Source: Nitrosopumilaceae archaeon (GTDB lineage Archaea > Thermoproteota > Nitrososphaeria > Nitrososphaerales > Nitrosopumilaceae). From it: 64,000 nucleotides of DNA. Below are positions 1 to 9,571 of this stretch, one piece after another (positions within the stretch are counted from its first letter, which is position 1; each line of letters opens with the position of its first letter). A model generated the notes under the pieces. The model saw only the letters and a list, made by a program, of their open reading frames with translations, was not told the DNA's origin and ran no database searches. The position numbers and the translations under genes are program-made. The stretch spans positions 864,001-928,000 of the forward strand of contig CBDBCR010000001.1 of NCBI GenBank assembly GCA_965203465.1, written 5' to 3'.

Positions 1-483
1 ACCGAGCCCGAGTTCGAGAGGATGGCGGCCGGGCTCGAGCCGGCAGAGCCGCGCGACGAGCGGGGCGAGGCTCTGGCAAAGACGGTCTTCGACTCGGAGC
101 CGGAGACCTACGAGAGGCGCACGTTCGAAGAGTTCGTCGACGAAAGGACGCTGACGAGCCGCGACCTGTTCGGCAAGAAGGAGATGAAGATAAAGGTGCT
201 GGAGGTCTCTGACGAGCTGCAGCAGTCCAAGATACGCTGGAAGTTCGGCGACCGGGTAAAGGTGGACAAGATCGTGGTCACCATAAAGCACCTGGACACC
301 ATGCAGGTCGAGGAGGGCGAGTTCGACATCGCGGCCATCGAAAAGGAGATCTCCGAAAAGCGCCACTATTCGTCCACCAACAGGTGGATACCGGTCTCGG
401 ACATCAAGAACGGGTACGTGGTGAGCTCAAAGCACACGGCCCTGATCAGCGACGCGGTCGCGCTCGACTACATCGCGTTTTAA
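1..483 (+). CDS. Conserved thaumarchaeal hypothetical protein (5' partial)
   Basis: Frame is open from base 1; strong GC3 codon bias; acidic N-terminal part; TAA at 481-483. Confidence 0.8.
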   Translation, partial: TEPEFERMAAGLEPAEPRDERGEALAKTVFDSEPETYERRTFEEFVDERTLTSRDLFGKKEMKIKVLEVSDELQQSKIRWKFGDRVKVDKIVVTIKHLDTMQVEEGEFDIAAIEKEISEKRHYSSTNRWIPVSDIKNGYVVSSKHTALISDAVALDYIAF

Positions 484-517
484 ACCCTAAAATCCGGCGC
501 GCCGCCGGGCCGGGCCC

Positions 518-1276
518 GTGGAGGTGATACCGGTGCGGGCCGGCCTCAAGACCGGGCCGTTCGATCTGTACGAGGATCTGGCCGCCGCCTCGGAGGCGGC
601 AGGCGGGGTGCGCGAGGGCGACGTGGTGGCCGTCTCCAGCAAGTACGTCTCGGTCTCGCAGGGCAGGACCGTCCGGCTGGGCGGGGTGCGCCAGTACCCG
701 GGCGGCAGGGGCCTGGCGTCCGGGTACCGCGTGCGCGCCGGGCTCGCCGAGCTGATACACCGCGAATCCGACGAGGTGCTCGGCGGCGTGGCCGGCTTCG
801 TCATGGCGTCCTGGCGGGGGACGCTGGCGCCCAACGCCGGCATAGACGCGTCCAACTCGGGAGGGGACGCGGTGCTGTACCCGCACGAGCCGCCCCGCGC
901 GGCCGAAGACCTGCGGCGCCGCATATTCCTTGGAGGTGGGGTGCGCGCCGGGGTGATATTTTCGGACAGCCGGCTGATGCCGTCGCGCGCCGGCACCGTG
1001 GCGGTGTCGGTGGCGTGCGCCGGGATGCGGCAGGTGCGCGACCTGCGGGCCGTGCCGGACCTGCACGGCAGGCCGCTGCGCGTGACCATGGAGGCCTCGG
1101 CGGATTCGCTCGCGACCGCGGCCAACCACGTGATGGGCGAGGGGGCCGAATCGATCCCGTACGCCCTGGTGCGCGGCTCGGGTGCGGTGCTCACGGCCGG
1201 GCCGCCGGGGCCGGGCCAGGGCGTGGCGCCCGGCTCTTGCGTGTACGAGCGCAGCTTTGAAGACAAGTACGGGTAA
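518..1276 (+). CDS. cofE: Coenzyme F420-0:L-glutamate ligase
   Basis: GDVVAVSSKYVS, PNAGIDASN, DLHGRPLRVT and MGEGAESIP motifs of CofE. Confidence 0.9.
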   Translation: MEVIPVRAGLKTGPFDLYEDLAAASEAAGGVREGDVVAVSSKYVSVSQGRTVRLGGVRQYPGGRGLASGYRVRAGLAELIHRESDEVLGGVAGFVMASWRGTLAPNAGIDASNSGGDAVLYPHEPPRAAEDLRRRIFLGGGVRAGVIFSDSRLMPSRAGTVAVSVACAGMRQVRDLRAVPDLHGRPLRVTMEASADSLATAANHVMGEGAESIPYALVRGSGAVLTAGPPGPGQGVAPGSCVYERSFEDKYG

Positions 1277-1301
1277 ATATGGCCGCCGGAACCAGGGCGC
1301 C

Positions 1302-1844
1302 GTGTACAGGACAAAGTACCCGAGGACGATGCTGCTCGAGGGGGGGGCCGAGAGCAGCACGCGCTCGGGGGGCGAAGGGCTCGACGAGATGAACGTGGAG
1401 GCCTGCTCGGGCCGGCGGGAACTGTTCGAGGCCCTGCGGCGCGAGGGGTTCGCCGAGGTGCGCTTCGAGCACCGCCGGCCCGGGCAGGTGGGGCGCGGCA
1501 TGTCCCTGAGGCTGGCAGGCTCGTGGGAGATGCACCTGCGCGTCTCGCGCAGCGGCGGGAGGCTGCTGATACACGCAGAGGTCGAGGTCTCGCGCGACTA
1601 TATGCAGCACCTGTTCACGCAGCGCACGCCCGTAGTCTACGAGGTGGTCCGGATACTGGAGCGGCACGGCATAGGGGCGCACATCTGGGATCCGAGGCAC
1701 GGCCGCAGGGTGGAGGCTGTCAGGAACACGTGGCGCGTCTCGCTGGCCCCGCCGGTCCTGCCGCCGCTGGCATGGAAGCCGCTCGTCTATTCGATAGGGG
1801 CGATAGGGGTGCTGTACCTGGCAAAATACCTGGCTACCGTCTAG
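1302..1844 (+). CDS. Hypothetical protein with C-terminal TM helix
   Basis: GTG start inferred just after cofE; hydrophobic C-terminus LVYSIGAIGVLYLAKY. Confidence 0.7.
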   Translation: MYRTKYPRTMLLEGGAESSTRSGGEGLDEMNVEACSGRRELFEALRREGFAEVRFEHRRPGQVGRGMSLRLAGSWEMHLRVSRSGGRLLIHAEVEVSRDYMQHLFTQRTPVVYEVVRILERHGIGAHIWDPRHGRRVEAVRNTWRVSLAPPVLPPLAWKPLVYSIGAIGVLYLAKYLATV

Positions 1845-2158
1845 ATGCCCAGGCCGTCGGCCTTTGTGATGTCCAGGTACACCTTGTCGCCCACGCCCAG
1901 CTCCAAGTCCTTGTACTCGTGCATGTCCAGCTTTATGGAGGTCACGCCCACCTGGGAGCCGTTCATGCTGGCCATCATCTTGTTGATGTCCCTCATCATG
2001 TCGCCCATGTTGGAGACGCCCATCACCTTGGGGCCGAACGGGCTCTGCAGCTGATCCTGATCCTCGCGCATCTCCTTTGCGCCCATGAGCGAGACTATAA
2101 CGTACGGGTTGCCGTCCGACGAGGAGTCTATGCTCTTGACCACGTACTCTTTCCTCAT
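1841..2158 (-). CDS. Conserved thaumarchaeal hypothetical protein
   Basis: 105 aa ORF with typical codon usage; TATA-like AT tract at ~2179-2189. Confidence 0.8.
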   Translation of the reverse strand: MRKEYVVKSIDSSSDGNPYVIVSLMGAKEMREDQDQLQSPFGPKVMGVSNMGDMMRDINKMMASMNGSQVGVTSIKLDMHEYKDLELGVGDKVYLDITKADGLGI

Positions 2159-2189
2159 GCGAACCGGGGGCGGGGCGGTTATATTTTAA

Positions 2190-2322
2190 GCCTTGGCAGG
2201 GCATTCGCCGGACTCGCCCCCGCCATCTCTTGTGCCTTCAACTTGTCTGGCTACACTCTAGCATGTTTCATCGGCGCTGCCCGTATCGGGCTTGACTGCG
2301 TGCAGCCGCCCTGCCTTGGCAG
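2190..2322. ncRNA. Candidate structured small RNA
   Basis: Intergenic, lower GC; closed by 8-bp stem GGCAGGGC(2195-2202)/GCCCTGCC(2308-2315); AT-rich tracts on both sides. Confidence 0.3.
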
Positions 2323-2386
2323 ACGATGGGCGCCCGCGCCGCCCCCGTCAGCACGCTTTATTTACGCAGGCCCCGCCCGGCAGGCC

Positions 2387-2923
2387 GTGTCAGAGACGCC
2401 TTCGGCGCGCATGGACTACTACGGGATATCGCCGTGGGAAGTCGAGGTGGCCTACGGGTACCTGAGCGGCAAGTTCCGCGTGGAGCAGCGGGAAGAGGAG
2501 CAGACCGGCGAGGAGGAGTTTGTCAGCTGCCTGCGCCTGTCCATGCCGGTGCAGTTCGGCGAGCGGTTCTTCAAGTGGTTCGAGCTGCGCAGGTGGGAGC
2601 GCCTAAAGGGCCTGTTCAAGGAGATGAAGCGGCGGCGCGGCTCGGGCAACGCCATAAGGATAGATGTGATCTTCGAGGGGGCCCCGTCGGTGGAATTCTC
2701 GGTCGACGCGCACGACAAGGCCAGCTTTGACAGGGCCGTGGAAAAGATGGACTTTGTGGCAGAGCTGCTGCCCTACCACCTGGCCCCGGGCAGCCTGCCG
2801 CCGGGCGCCGAGGCCGTCTCGTATTCGTTCGACGCCGAATCTGCGCGCTGGGCCGTCGGCTCTGCCCGCGCGGGCGGATCAAAGTTCGTGCGCGCCGGCG
2901 ACGGCTGGGCCAAGGCGGCCTAG
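2387..2923 (+). CDS. Conserved thaumarchaeal hypothetical protein
   Basis: Coding-like 3' part of ORF 1523..2923 (MDYYGISPWEVEV...); TTTATTTA ~25 nt upstream of the GTG. Confidence 0.75.
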   Translation: MSETPSARMDYYGISPWEVEVAYGYLSGKFRVEQREEEQTGEEEFVSCLRLSMPVQFGERFFKWFELRRWERLKGLFKEMKRRRGSGNAIRIDVIFEGAPSVEFSVDAHDKASFDRAVEKMDFVAELLPYHLAPGSLPPGAEAVSYSFDAESARWAVGSARAGGSKFVRAGDGWAKAA

Positions 2924-3873
2924 ACTTCCATGGAATCGAGTATCCCCGAGACGTCGGTGGACGGGCGGCCGCCCGAGGATATCCTCTGCTCGGAGGGCGG
3001 GTTTTCCAGGTAGTCGGGCACGCGCCCGGATATGCGCTCGGCGTACGGCGATATCAGGTCGTTGCGGTAAAAGACCCCGGTGGGTATCTTTGTTCCCCAT
3101 TCCAGCGACTTTACCATCGCCTGGGCCAGCTTTTCGTCCAGATCCGAATCGTCGCGCACGTTGCCGTCGTAGCCGGTCTCTTCGAGCTTGTATATGCGCG
3201 AGTGGCGCTCGGCGGCCTCCGAGAGGCCCTCGCCGGCGAACCAGTCGCGCGTGTTGATGTCGTTGTAGGTGGGGCACGGCTGCAGCACGTCCAGGAACGA
3301 GAGGCCCTCGTGTTGCACCGCCTGCTCTATCAGGTCCTTCAGCTGCCGTATGTCGTAAGAGTACCCGCGGCCCACGAAGGTGAACCCGCTCGTGACGGCA
3401 AGCCCTATGGCGTTGACCCCGTAGTTGGGGTTGGGCGACGAGAGCGACTTTGTCTTTTCGCCCAGCTTTAGGGTGGGCGAGGCCTGCCCCTTGGTGAGCC
3501 CGTACACCCCGTTGTCAAAGATGATGTACGTCATGTCCACGTTGCGCCTGCCGGCGGCCACGAAGTGGCCCGCCCCTATCCCGAGGCCGTCGCCGTCGCC
3601 GCCGACAGCGACCACCGTCAGGCCGGGGTTGGCTATCTTTGCCCCCTGCGCGAAAGTCAGCACGCGCCCGTGCAGGGTGTGCACGCCGTACACGTTGACG
3701 TAGTGCGAGGTCTTGCCCGAGCAGCCTATGCCGGAGAACAGCGCGGCCCTGTCGCGCTCTATGCCCATCTCGGCCAGGGCCATCTGTATGGCGTTGACTA
3801 TGCCAAAGTCGCCGCAGCCGGGGCACCAGTCGTTGTGCACGCCGGTCTTGTAGTCGGCGAACTTAAGCGCCGT
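2920..3873 (-). CDS. korB: 2-oxoacid:ferredoxin oxidoreductase beta subunit
   Basis: WCPGCGDFG, SGIGCSG, TPP motif GGDGD...DNGVYGLTKGQ; start probably ACG at 3873, alternatively GTG at 3840. Confidence 0.95.
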   Translation of the reverse strand, partial: TALKFADYKTGVHNDWCPGCGDFGIVNAIQMALAEMGIERDRAALFSGIGCSGKTSHYVNVYGVHTLHGRVLTFAQGAKIANPGLTVVAVGGDGDGLGIGAGHFVAAGRRNVDMTYIIFDNGVYGLTKGQASPTLKLGEKTKSLSSPNPNYGVNAIGLAVTSGFTFVGRGYSYDIRQLKDLIEQAVQHEGLSFLDVLQPCPTYNDINTRDWFAGEGLSEAAERHSRIYKLEETGYDGNVRDDSDLDEKLAQAMVKSLEWGTKIPTGVFYRNDLISPYAERISGRVPDYLENPPSEQRISSGGRPSTDVSGILDSMEV

Positions 3874-5758
3874 AGGTGAGCACCTCCCTCTCGCCGGCCC
3901 GGCCCGACGCCGCGCGCTTTATCGAATCGTACAGTTCCGTGCTGGTCATGGCGCGGCCCGTGTATTTGAGTATGTTGCAGTCGGGCGAGCGGCCCGTGTG
4001 CTGCCTGAAGATGGCCCCGAACTGCGCGGCGTAGTTGGCCTCCACGTTGACTATCGTCTCGGCGCCCTCCACCATCGACGAGACCAGCTTTGCGGGGAAC
4101 GGGTGTATCAGCTTTACCTGCACGAACCCGACGTCGAGGCCGTCGGCGCGCAGCGCCTTGAGGGCGTCGAGCAGGGGGCCCTTCGTCGAGCCCCACGAGA
4201 CCACCATGACTTTCCCGCCAAAGTGCCTGACGGCCTGCTCGCCCTCGGGCACCCCGTCGAGCACCATCTCCAGCCTGGACATGCGCTTGTCCATCATCCT
4301 GACGCGCAGGACGGGATCCTCCGTAATGTGGCCCTCCTCGTCGCTCTCGTCGCCGGTGTTCCAGAACACGCCGCCCTTTAGGCCCAGCCGCGAGCGCGGC
4401 GAGACACCGTCGTCGGTGAACTCGAACCGGCGGTAGCCCTCCTGCGCGGATTCTAGCAGCTTGCCGCGGTCTATCGAGACGCGGGAGGGCTCGAAGCGCG
4501 GGCACGTGGCCACCGAACTCGCGAGGAACTTGTCCATCATGTGTATCACCGGGATCTGGAACACGTCGGCGTAGTTGAAGCAGCGGCCCGTGTCGTAAAA
4601 GCTCTCCTCTATGTCGCCCGAGGCGTAGACGATCTTTGGAAAGTCGCCGTGGCCCGAGTTGACCGCGAACGCCAGATCGTCCTGGCCGTGCCTGGTGGGC
4701 AGGCCCGTCGACGGCCCGCTCCTCTGGTAGAGCGTGAGCACCATGGGGACCTCGTTGATGCCGGCCCACCCGAGTGCCTCGGTCATGAGCGCAAAGCCGG
4801 GCCCGGACGTCGAGGTCGAAGAGCGCGAGCCGGTCAGCGACGCCCCTATCATCATGCCGATGGCCGATATCTCGTCCTCGACCTGGACGACCACCGTCGA
4901 GCCCGAGCCGCCGCCGTCGAGCGAGAGGCGCTCGTGCGACTCCAGGTACATGCTCTCGTCCGAGGCCGGCGTTATCGGGTAGTAGGACTGGAACCGGCAC
5001 CCGGCGACTATCTTGCCCAGCGATGTCCCCTCGTGGCCCATGACGAGCATCGTGCCGGGCCTCTTTTCCGTGCCGGGGATCTTTTGGGACGCAAAGTTTG
5101 CCGCCGCGTGGTTGTACGCGTACTCTGCGGCCTCGCGGTTGAGGCGCGCGACGGCCGGCTTTTTGGCGAATATCTCGGACACGGCCTCGGACATCTGCGG
5201 GTAGGGCATCCCGAGGTACCCGGCGGCGAGCGCCACGCCCAGCACGTTGAACATGCGCACCATGCCCTTTAGGCGCTCGTTGCCCGTCTGCTCCGCGAGC
5301 CTGGCGAGCAGGTCGCGGAAAGGCACCGGTATCAGCTTTACGCCGCGCTTGCGGGCTATCTCCAGGGCCGAGGCGACGGTGCCGTCCGCGCCGTGCGATT
5401 CGAGGTCGGCGGCGAGCCTGCCGCGGAACTGCGGGTCTATGGTGCCCACCTGCCCGTGCGTCGTCCCCTCCATGGCAGAATCGTAGATGATGGCCTCGCG
5501 CACGTCGTCGTAGTGCCTGAACACGGTCTCTGCGTCGAAGCAGGTCATCAGGTCCACGCCGGTCACGTTGGAGGATATGGGCTCGTCCGAGACGCGCACC
5601 ACGAAGTAGCTGTGCTCGCCCTTTATGTTGGAGTAGAATTCGCGCTTGCCGAAGACGTGGTACCCGAGCCGCGCGCACGTCTTTGAGAATATGCTGGCCC
5701 CCGACTCCACGCCGCTTCCCTGCTGCCCGCCTATCAGCCAAGAATAGTCGACCGGCAT
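3863..5758 (-). CDS. korA: 2-oxoacid:ferredoxin oxidoreductase alpha subunit
   Basis: GGQQGSGV, YYPITPAS, QVEDEISA, TSGPGFALM, QRSGPSTGLPT. Confidence 0.95.
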   Translation of the reverse strand: MPVDYSWLIGGQQGSGVESGASIFSKTCARLGYHVFGKREFYSNIKGEHSYFVVRVSDEPISSNVTGVDLMTCFDAETVFRHYDDVREAIIYDSAMEGTTHGQVGTIDPQFRGRLAADLESHGADGTVASALEIARKRGVKLIPVPFRDLLARLAEQTGNERLKGMVRMFNVLGVALAAGYLGMPYPQMSEAVSEIFAKKPAVARLNREAAEYAYNHAAANFASQKIPGTEKRPGTMLVMGHEGTSLGKIVAGCRFQSYYPITPASDESMYLESHERLSLDGGGSGSTVVVQVEDEISAIGMMIGASLTGSRSSTSTSGPGFALMTEALGWAGINEVPMVLTLYQRSGPSTGLPTRHGQDDLAFAVNSGHGDFPKIVYASGDIEESFYDTGRCFNYADVFQIPVIHMMDKFLASSVATCPRFEPSRVSIDRGKLLESAQEGYRRFEFTDDGVSPRSRLGLKGGVFWNTGDESDEEGHITEDPVLRVRMMDKRMSRLEMVLDGVPEGEQAVRHFGGKVMVVSWGSTKGPLLDALKALRADGLDVGFVQVKLIHPFPAKLVSSMVEGAETIVNVEANYAAQFGAIFRQHTGRSPDCNILKYTGRAMTSTELYDSIKRAASGRAGEREVLTYGA

Positions 5759-5901
5759 CATTCGCCCCCGGTGGCCGCGTCGAAGAGGGCGCACTCGCAC
5801 TTGTCGCGCTCCCCGCAGTACGGGCAGACGCACCCGCACTGCTCTATGGAGTTGCCGCACTCTACGCATATGGCAAACTCGTCGGCGTCGCCCGAACCCA
5901 T
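5758..5901 (-). CDS. Small Cys-rich (zinc-binding) protein, 47 aa
   Basis: MGSGDADEFAICVECG...CGCVCPYCG...CECALFDAATGG; stop overlaps the korA start. Confidence 0.75.
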   Translation of the reverse strand: MGSGDADEFAICVECGNSIEQCGCVCPYCGERDKCECALFDAATGGE

Positions 5902-5977
5902 GGCGGGTTTGGAGGATGTTGGTATAAATGGGTTGCACACGGGCGGCATATAATGGAACCCGTTCGGGGGGAGGCGC

Positions 5978-6922
5978 ATGCCGGCCAGAGCCGTGCTCAC
6001 GAGCCGGTTCCCGCGGAAGCCGCTTGAGCGCCTGCGCTCGCGGTGCGACCTTTTCGAGCACCGCGGCGCGCTGCCCATGCCGCGCGGCTCCCTGCTGCGC
6101 GCCGTGGAGGGGGCCGAGGGGCTGCTCTGCTTTCCGTACGACTTGGTCGACGCCGAACTGATGGAAGCTGCCCCGCGCCTGCGCGCCATAAGCACCTTCA
6201 GCGTGGGCCTGGATCACATAGATCTGGGGTACGCGCGCCGGCGCGGCATCGGGGTGGGGTACACGCCGGACGTGCTGACCGAGGCCACCGCCGACCTGAC
6301 GCTGGGCCTGATGCTGGACGTGATGCGCCGCGTCTCGGAGGGCGACAGGCGCGTGCGCGCCGGCAGGTGGCGGAGCGTGGACGGGGCGACCGACTACGTG
6401 GGATCGGATCTGGGCGGCAAGACGCTGGGCATAATAGGGATGGGCAGGATAGGGCGGGCCGTGGCGCGCCGCGCCGCCGCGTTCGGCATGAAGATAGTGT
6501 ACTGCGGGGGACATCTGGAGGGCGCGCAGAGCGTAAGCTTGGGGGAGCTTTGCGCGCGCAGCGACGTGGTGTCGGTGCACGCGCCCCACACGCCCGCGAC
6601 CGACCGACTGGTGGGCGGGGACTTTTTCAAGTCGATGAAGAGCACGGCCTTTCTGGTGAACACGGCGCGCGGCCGCATAGTAGACGAGCGGGCGCTTGCC
6701 GAGGCGCTCGAGGGGGGGCGGATAGCCGGCGCCGCGCTGGACGTATTCGAATCCGAGCCGCTGCGCCCCGGCCGCCTCTCGAGGCTGGACAACGCGGTGC
6801 TCTGCCCGCACATGGGGAGTTCGACGCGCGAGACGCGCGAGGCGATGGGGTGGGCCGCCGCGGAGAACCTGCTGTGCGCGCTTGACGGCAAAGATCCGCC
6901 GCGATCAGCCTATGGCGACTAG
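5978..6922 (+). CDS. D-2-hydroxyacid dehydrogenase (glyoxylate reductase/D-glycerate dehydrogenase)
   Basis: GIIGMGRIG, LVNTARG, GAALDVFESEP, PHMGS. Confidence 0.93.
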   Translation: MPARAVLTSRFPRKPLERLRSRCDLFEHRGALPMPRGSLLRAVEGAEGLLCFPYDLVDAELMEAAPRLRAISTFSVGLDHIDLGYARRRGIGVGYTPDVLTEATADLTLGLMLDVMRRVSEGDRRVRAGRWRSVDGATDYVGSDLGGKTLGIIGMGRIGRAVARRAAAFGMKIVYCGGHLEGAQSVSLGELCARSDVVSVHAPHTPATDRLVGGDFFKSMKSTAFLVNTARGRIVDERALAEALEGGRIAGAALDVFESEPLRPGRLSRLDNAVLCPHMGSSTRETREAMGWAAAENLLCALDGKDPPRSAYGD

Positions 6923-7168
6923 GTCGTCGGGGTCGCCGCGCACGCAGTCGGTCCCGACGGCCCTGAGCCGCTCGAAGCGCACGCGTCCGGGCGGCATGCG
7001 CCCCTGCTTTTGCAGCTCTTCGGCCCTGCCGCCTATGGCCCTGCGGTGCGCGCCGCAGGCCACCCCTATCATGTACTCGTCGGGGCCGTCTGCCACCGAG
7101 ACCACGAACTCGGGCGGGCTGGGGCACCTTTTGCCGCCGCGCGAGACCGAGCACCTGTCGGGGAGCAC
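6905..7168 (-). CDS. Small conserved hypothetical protein (Cys/His-containing)
   Basis: MLPDRCSV...CPSPPEFVV...GVACGAH; GTG start inferred. Confidence 0.7.
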   Translation of the reverse strand: MLPDRCSVSRGGKRCPSPPEFVVSVADGPDEYMIGVACGAHRRAIGGRAEELQKQGRMPPGRVRFERLRAVGTDCVRGDPDDLVAIG

Positions 7169-7232
7169 GGCGCGCCCTCCCCGCGCGGCTATTAATCTGT
7201 AGGGTAAAATTACGCGCGCCCGTGCCCCGTCC

Positions 7233-8525
7233 GTGAAGGTCTGGCTTGCCGTGGTCGGAGGGGGGCTGGTAGGCACGGCGCTGGCCTTCTTTGCCGCCTG
7301 CACGGGGGGCAGGCCGGTGTGCGTCGTGGAACGCGAGGCCGACGTGGCGAGGCACGCGAGCGGGCGCAACACCGGCAAGGTGCACGCGCCGTACCTGTAC
7401 GATCCGCAAAAAAAGGGCGGGTTCGCAAGGGCGGCCCTAGCCGGGTTCGGCATGTGGAAGGCGTACGCCGGATCGAAGGGCCTCGCGTTCAGGGAGGACG
7501 GAGTGCTAGAGGTGGCCCTCGACGGGCGCGGCTCCAAAATGCTGGAAAAATACCGCGGGTGGGGCCTTGCCAACGGGCTGTCCGAGTCGGACATGGAGGT
7601 GCTCGACGGCCGGCAGGTGAGGGGCCGCGAGCCGTCCGTGCGCTGCGAGTCGGCGCTGTTCTGCTCGCGCGACGCGTCCGTCGACTACGGCCAGCTTGCG
7701 CGCGCCCTGCGATCCGACGCCGAAAAGTCCGGCGCCCGGTTCCTGACCGGCCGGCGCGTGTGCGGCGCCGGGCCCGGCTCGCTGGAGCTGGACGGCGGCG
7801 GGTCCGTCGAGGCCGACTTTGTGGTCAACGCGGCCGGCGGCGAGGCCGTCGACATCGCGCACATGATGGGCGCCGGCCTGGAATACACCGACGTCCACTT
7901 CCGGGGCGAGTACTGGAGGGCGCCGCGCGAGTACGAAAAGCTGACCTCGACGAGCGTGTATTCTGCGCCCGAATTCCCAGAGTACCCGTTCCTGGATCCC
8001 CACTGGGTGGTGCGCTCGGACGGCTCGTGCCTGGTGGGGCCCAACGCGGTGCCCGTCTTCAGCCCGTACGGCTATGACAGGGCCGAGAACGCGCGGGCGC
8101 TGCTGCCCAAGATCTTGGAGATGCTCGGCTCGGGCGCGCGCAAGACGCTGCTGGACGGCAGGTTCCAGGCGCTGGCGCTGCGCGAGATGGCCTCGTCGGT
8201 CTCAAAGTCGGCCATGATATCGCGGGTGCGCAGGTTCCTGCCCGGCCTGGATCCCGGAAAATTCGACGAGCGCGGCCTCGCGGGCATACGCTCGCAGGTG
8301 ATAGGGCCGCGGGGCGGCTTCGAGCCCGAGGCCCTCGAGCTGCGCGCGGGGCCGTCGCTGAGCATACTGAACTACAACTCGCCGGGGGCCACCGGCGTGC
8401 TGCCCTTCTGCGCGGCCCTGCTCGGCCGGCTGTACTCTGACGGGAGCCTGGGCGCGGGGCCCTCGGGGGAGCGGTGCGGCCCGTGGAAGTTTTCAGAGAT
8501 CCAGGGCGTCCAGGATGCGGCCTGA
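7233..8525 (+). CDS. FAD-dependent oxidoreductase (L-2-hydroxyglutarate oxidase-like, DAO family)
   Basis: VVGGGLVG, HASGRNTGKVH, FRGEY, SPGATG. Confidence 0.88.
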   Translation: MKVWLAVVGGGLVGTALAFFAACTGGRPVCVVEREADVARHASGRNTGKVHAPYLYDPQKKGGFARAALAGFGMWKAYAGSKGLAFREDGVLEVALDGRGSKMLEKYRGWGLANGLSESDMEVLDGRQVRGREPSVRCESALFCSRDASVDYGQLARALRSDAEKSGARFLTGRRVCGAGPGSLELDGGGSVEADFVVNAAGGEAVDIAHMMGAGLEYTDVHFRGEYWRAPREYEKLTSTSVYSAPEFPEYPFLDPHWVVRSDGSCLVGPNAVPVFSPYGYDRAENARALLPKILEMLGSGARKTLLDGRFQALALREMASSVSKSAMISRVRRFLPGLDPGKFDERGLAGIRSQVIGPRGGFEPEALELRAGPSLSILNYNSPGATGVLPFCAALLGRLYSDGSLGAGPSGERCGPWKFSEIQGVQDAA

Positions 8526-9533
8526 GGCCCTGCCGTCGCCAAGGGGGCTCTTCCATCCGCCCAGCTTTAGGGCGCGCCCGGCCGCCTCCGTTATTCCCCG
8601 CCCGGACGTGCCGGCCACTATGTTGGCCCCCGCCTCGACGGTCTCGGGCCTCTCGGTGGAATCGCGCATGGTCACGCAGGGCACGCCGAGCACGCACGCC
8701 TCCTCCTGCACGCCCCCCGAGTCGGTCAGGATCAGGGCCGCGTCCTTCTCCAGGCCCAGAAACTCAAGGTAGCCTGCCGGCTCCCTGACGCGCAGGCCGC
8801 CCATGCCTACGCCGAACCTGCGCGCCATCTTCCTGGAGCGCGGGTGCAGGGGCAGCACCACGGGCACCCCGTGGATCCTCTGCAGGTCTTTGAGCGCCGC
8901 CGTTATGCCGGCCAGCGTGGAGCGCTCGTCCACCGATTCCTGCCTGTGCAGCGACGCAAGAAAGTACCTCCCGGCCGGCGCCGGGCCCGCGCGCCCCGCG
9001 TTCCGCATGACCGAGTCCACCACGGTGTTGCCCGTCACAAGTATCCTGCCGCGCACCCTCTCGCGCCTCAGGTTGGAGGCGGCGTGCGCTGTGGGGGCGA
9101 ACAGCAGGTCCGAGATACGGTCGGCCATTATGCGGTTGAACTCTTCGGGCATGCGCGCCTCGCCGCTGCGCAGCCCCGCCTCGACGTGCCCCAGCCTGAT
9201 GCCCAGCTTTTGCGCCGCCAGGGCGCCGGCAAGGACCGTGTTCGTGTCTCCCTGCACCAGGACGGCCGGCGGATCCTCGCGCGCAAAGGCGCCCTCGAGC
9301 GCGGCTGCCGCGCGCATGACCTGCCTCTCGCGCGAATCCGATCCCACGCGCAGCCGGCGGGCCGGCTTGGGCAGCCCGATCTGCTCGAAAAACACCGAAT
9401 CCATGGAGCGCGTATAGTGCTGCCCGCTGTGTATGACGGCGAACGGAATATTCCTTTCCTGGCACTCAAAGACGACGGGGGCCATCTTTATGATCTCGGG
9501 CCGGGTACCCACCACTATGGCCAGGCGCTTCAC
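8493..9533 (-). CDS. wecB: UDP-N-acetylglucosamine 2-epimerase (non-hydrolysing)
   Basis: VGTRPEIIKM, HSGQHY, VQGDTNT, HVEAGLRS, PEEFNR, TDSGGVQEEA. Confidence 0.95.
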   Translation of the reverse strand: MKRLAIVVGTRPEIIKMAPVVFECQERNIPFAVIHSGQHYTRSMDSVFFEQIGLPKPARRLRVGSDSRERQVMRAAAALEGAFAREDPPAVLVQGDTNTVLAGALAAQKLGIRLGHVEAGLRSGEARMPEEFNRIMADRISDLLFAPTAHAASNLRRERVRGRILVTGNTVVDSVMRNAGRAGPAPAGRYFLASLHRQESVDERSTLAGITAALKDLQRIHGVPVVLPLHPRSRKMARRFGVGMGGLRVREPAGYLEFLGLEKDAALILTDSGGVQEEACVLGVPCVTMRDSTERPETVEAGANIVAGTSGRGITEAAGRALKLGGWKSPLGDGRASGRILDALDL

Positions 9534-9571
9534 GCCGCGCCCCGCTGGCGTCCCGTTAATAACGGCGCGCC

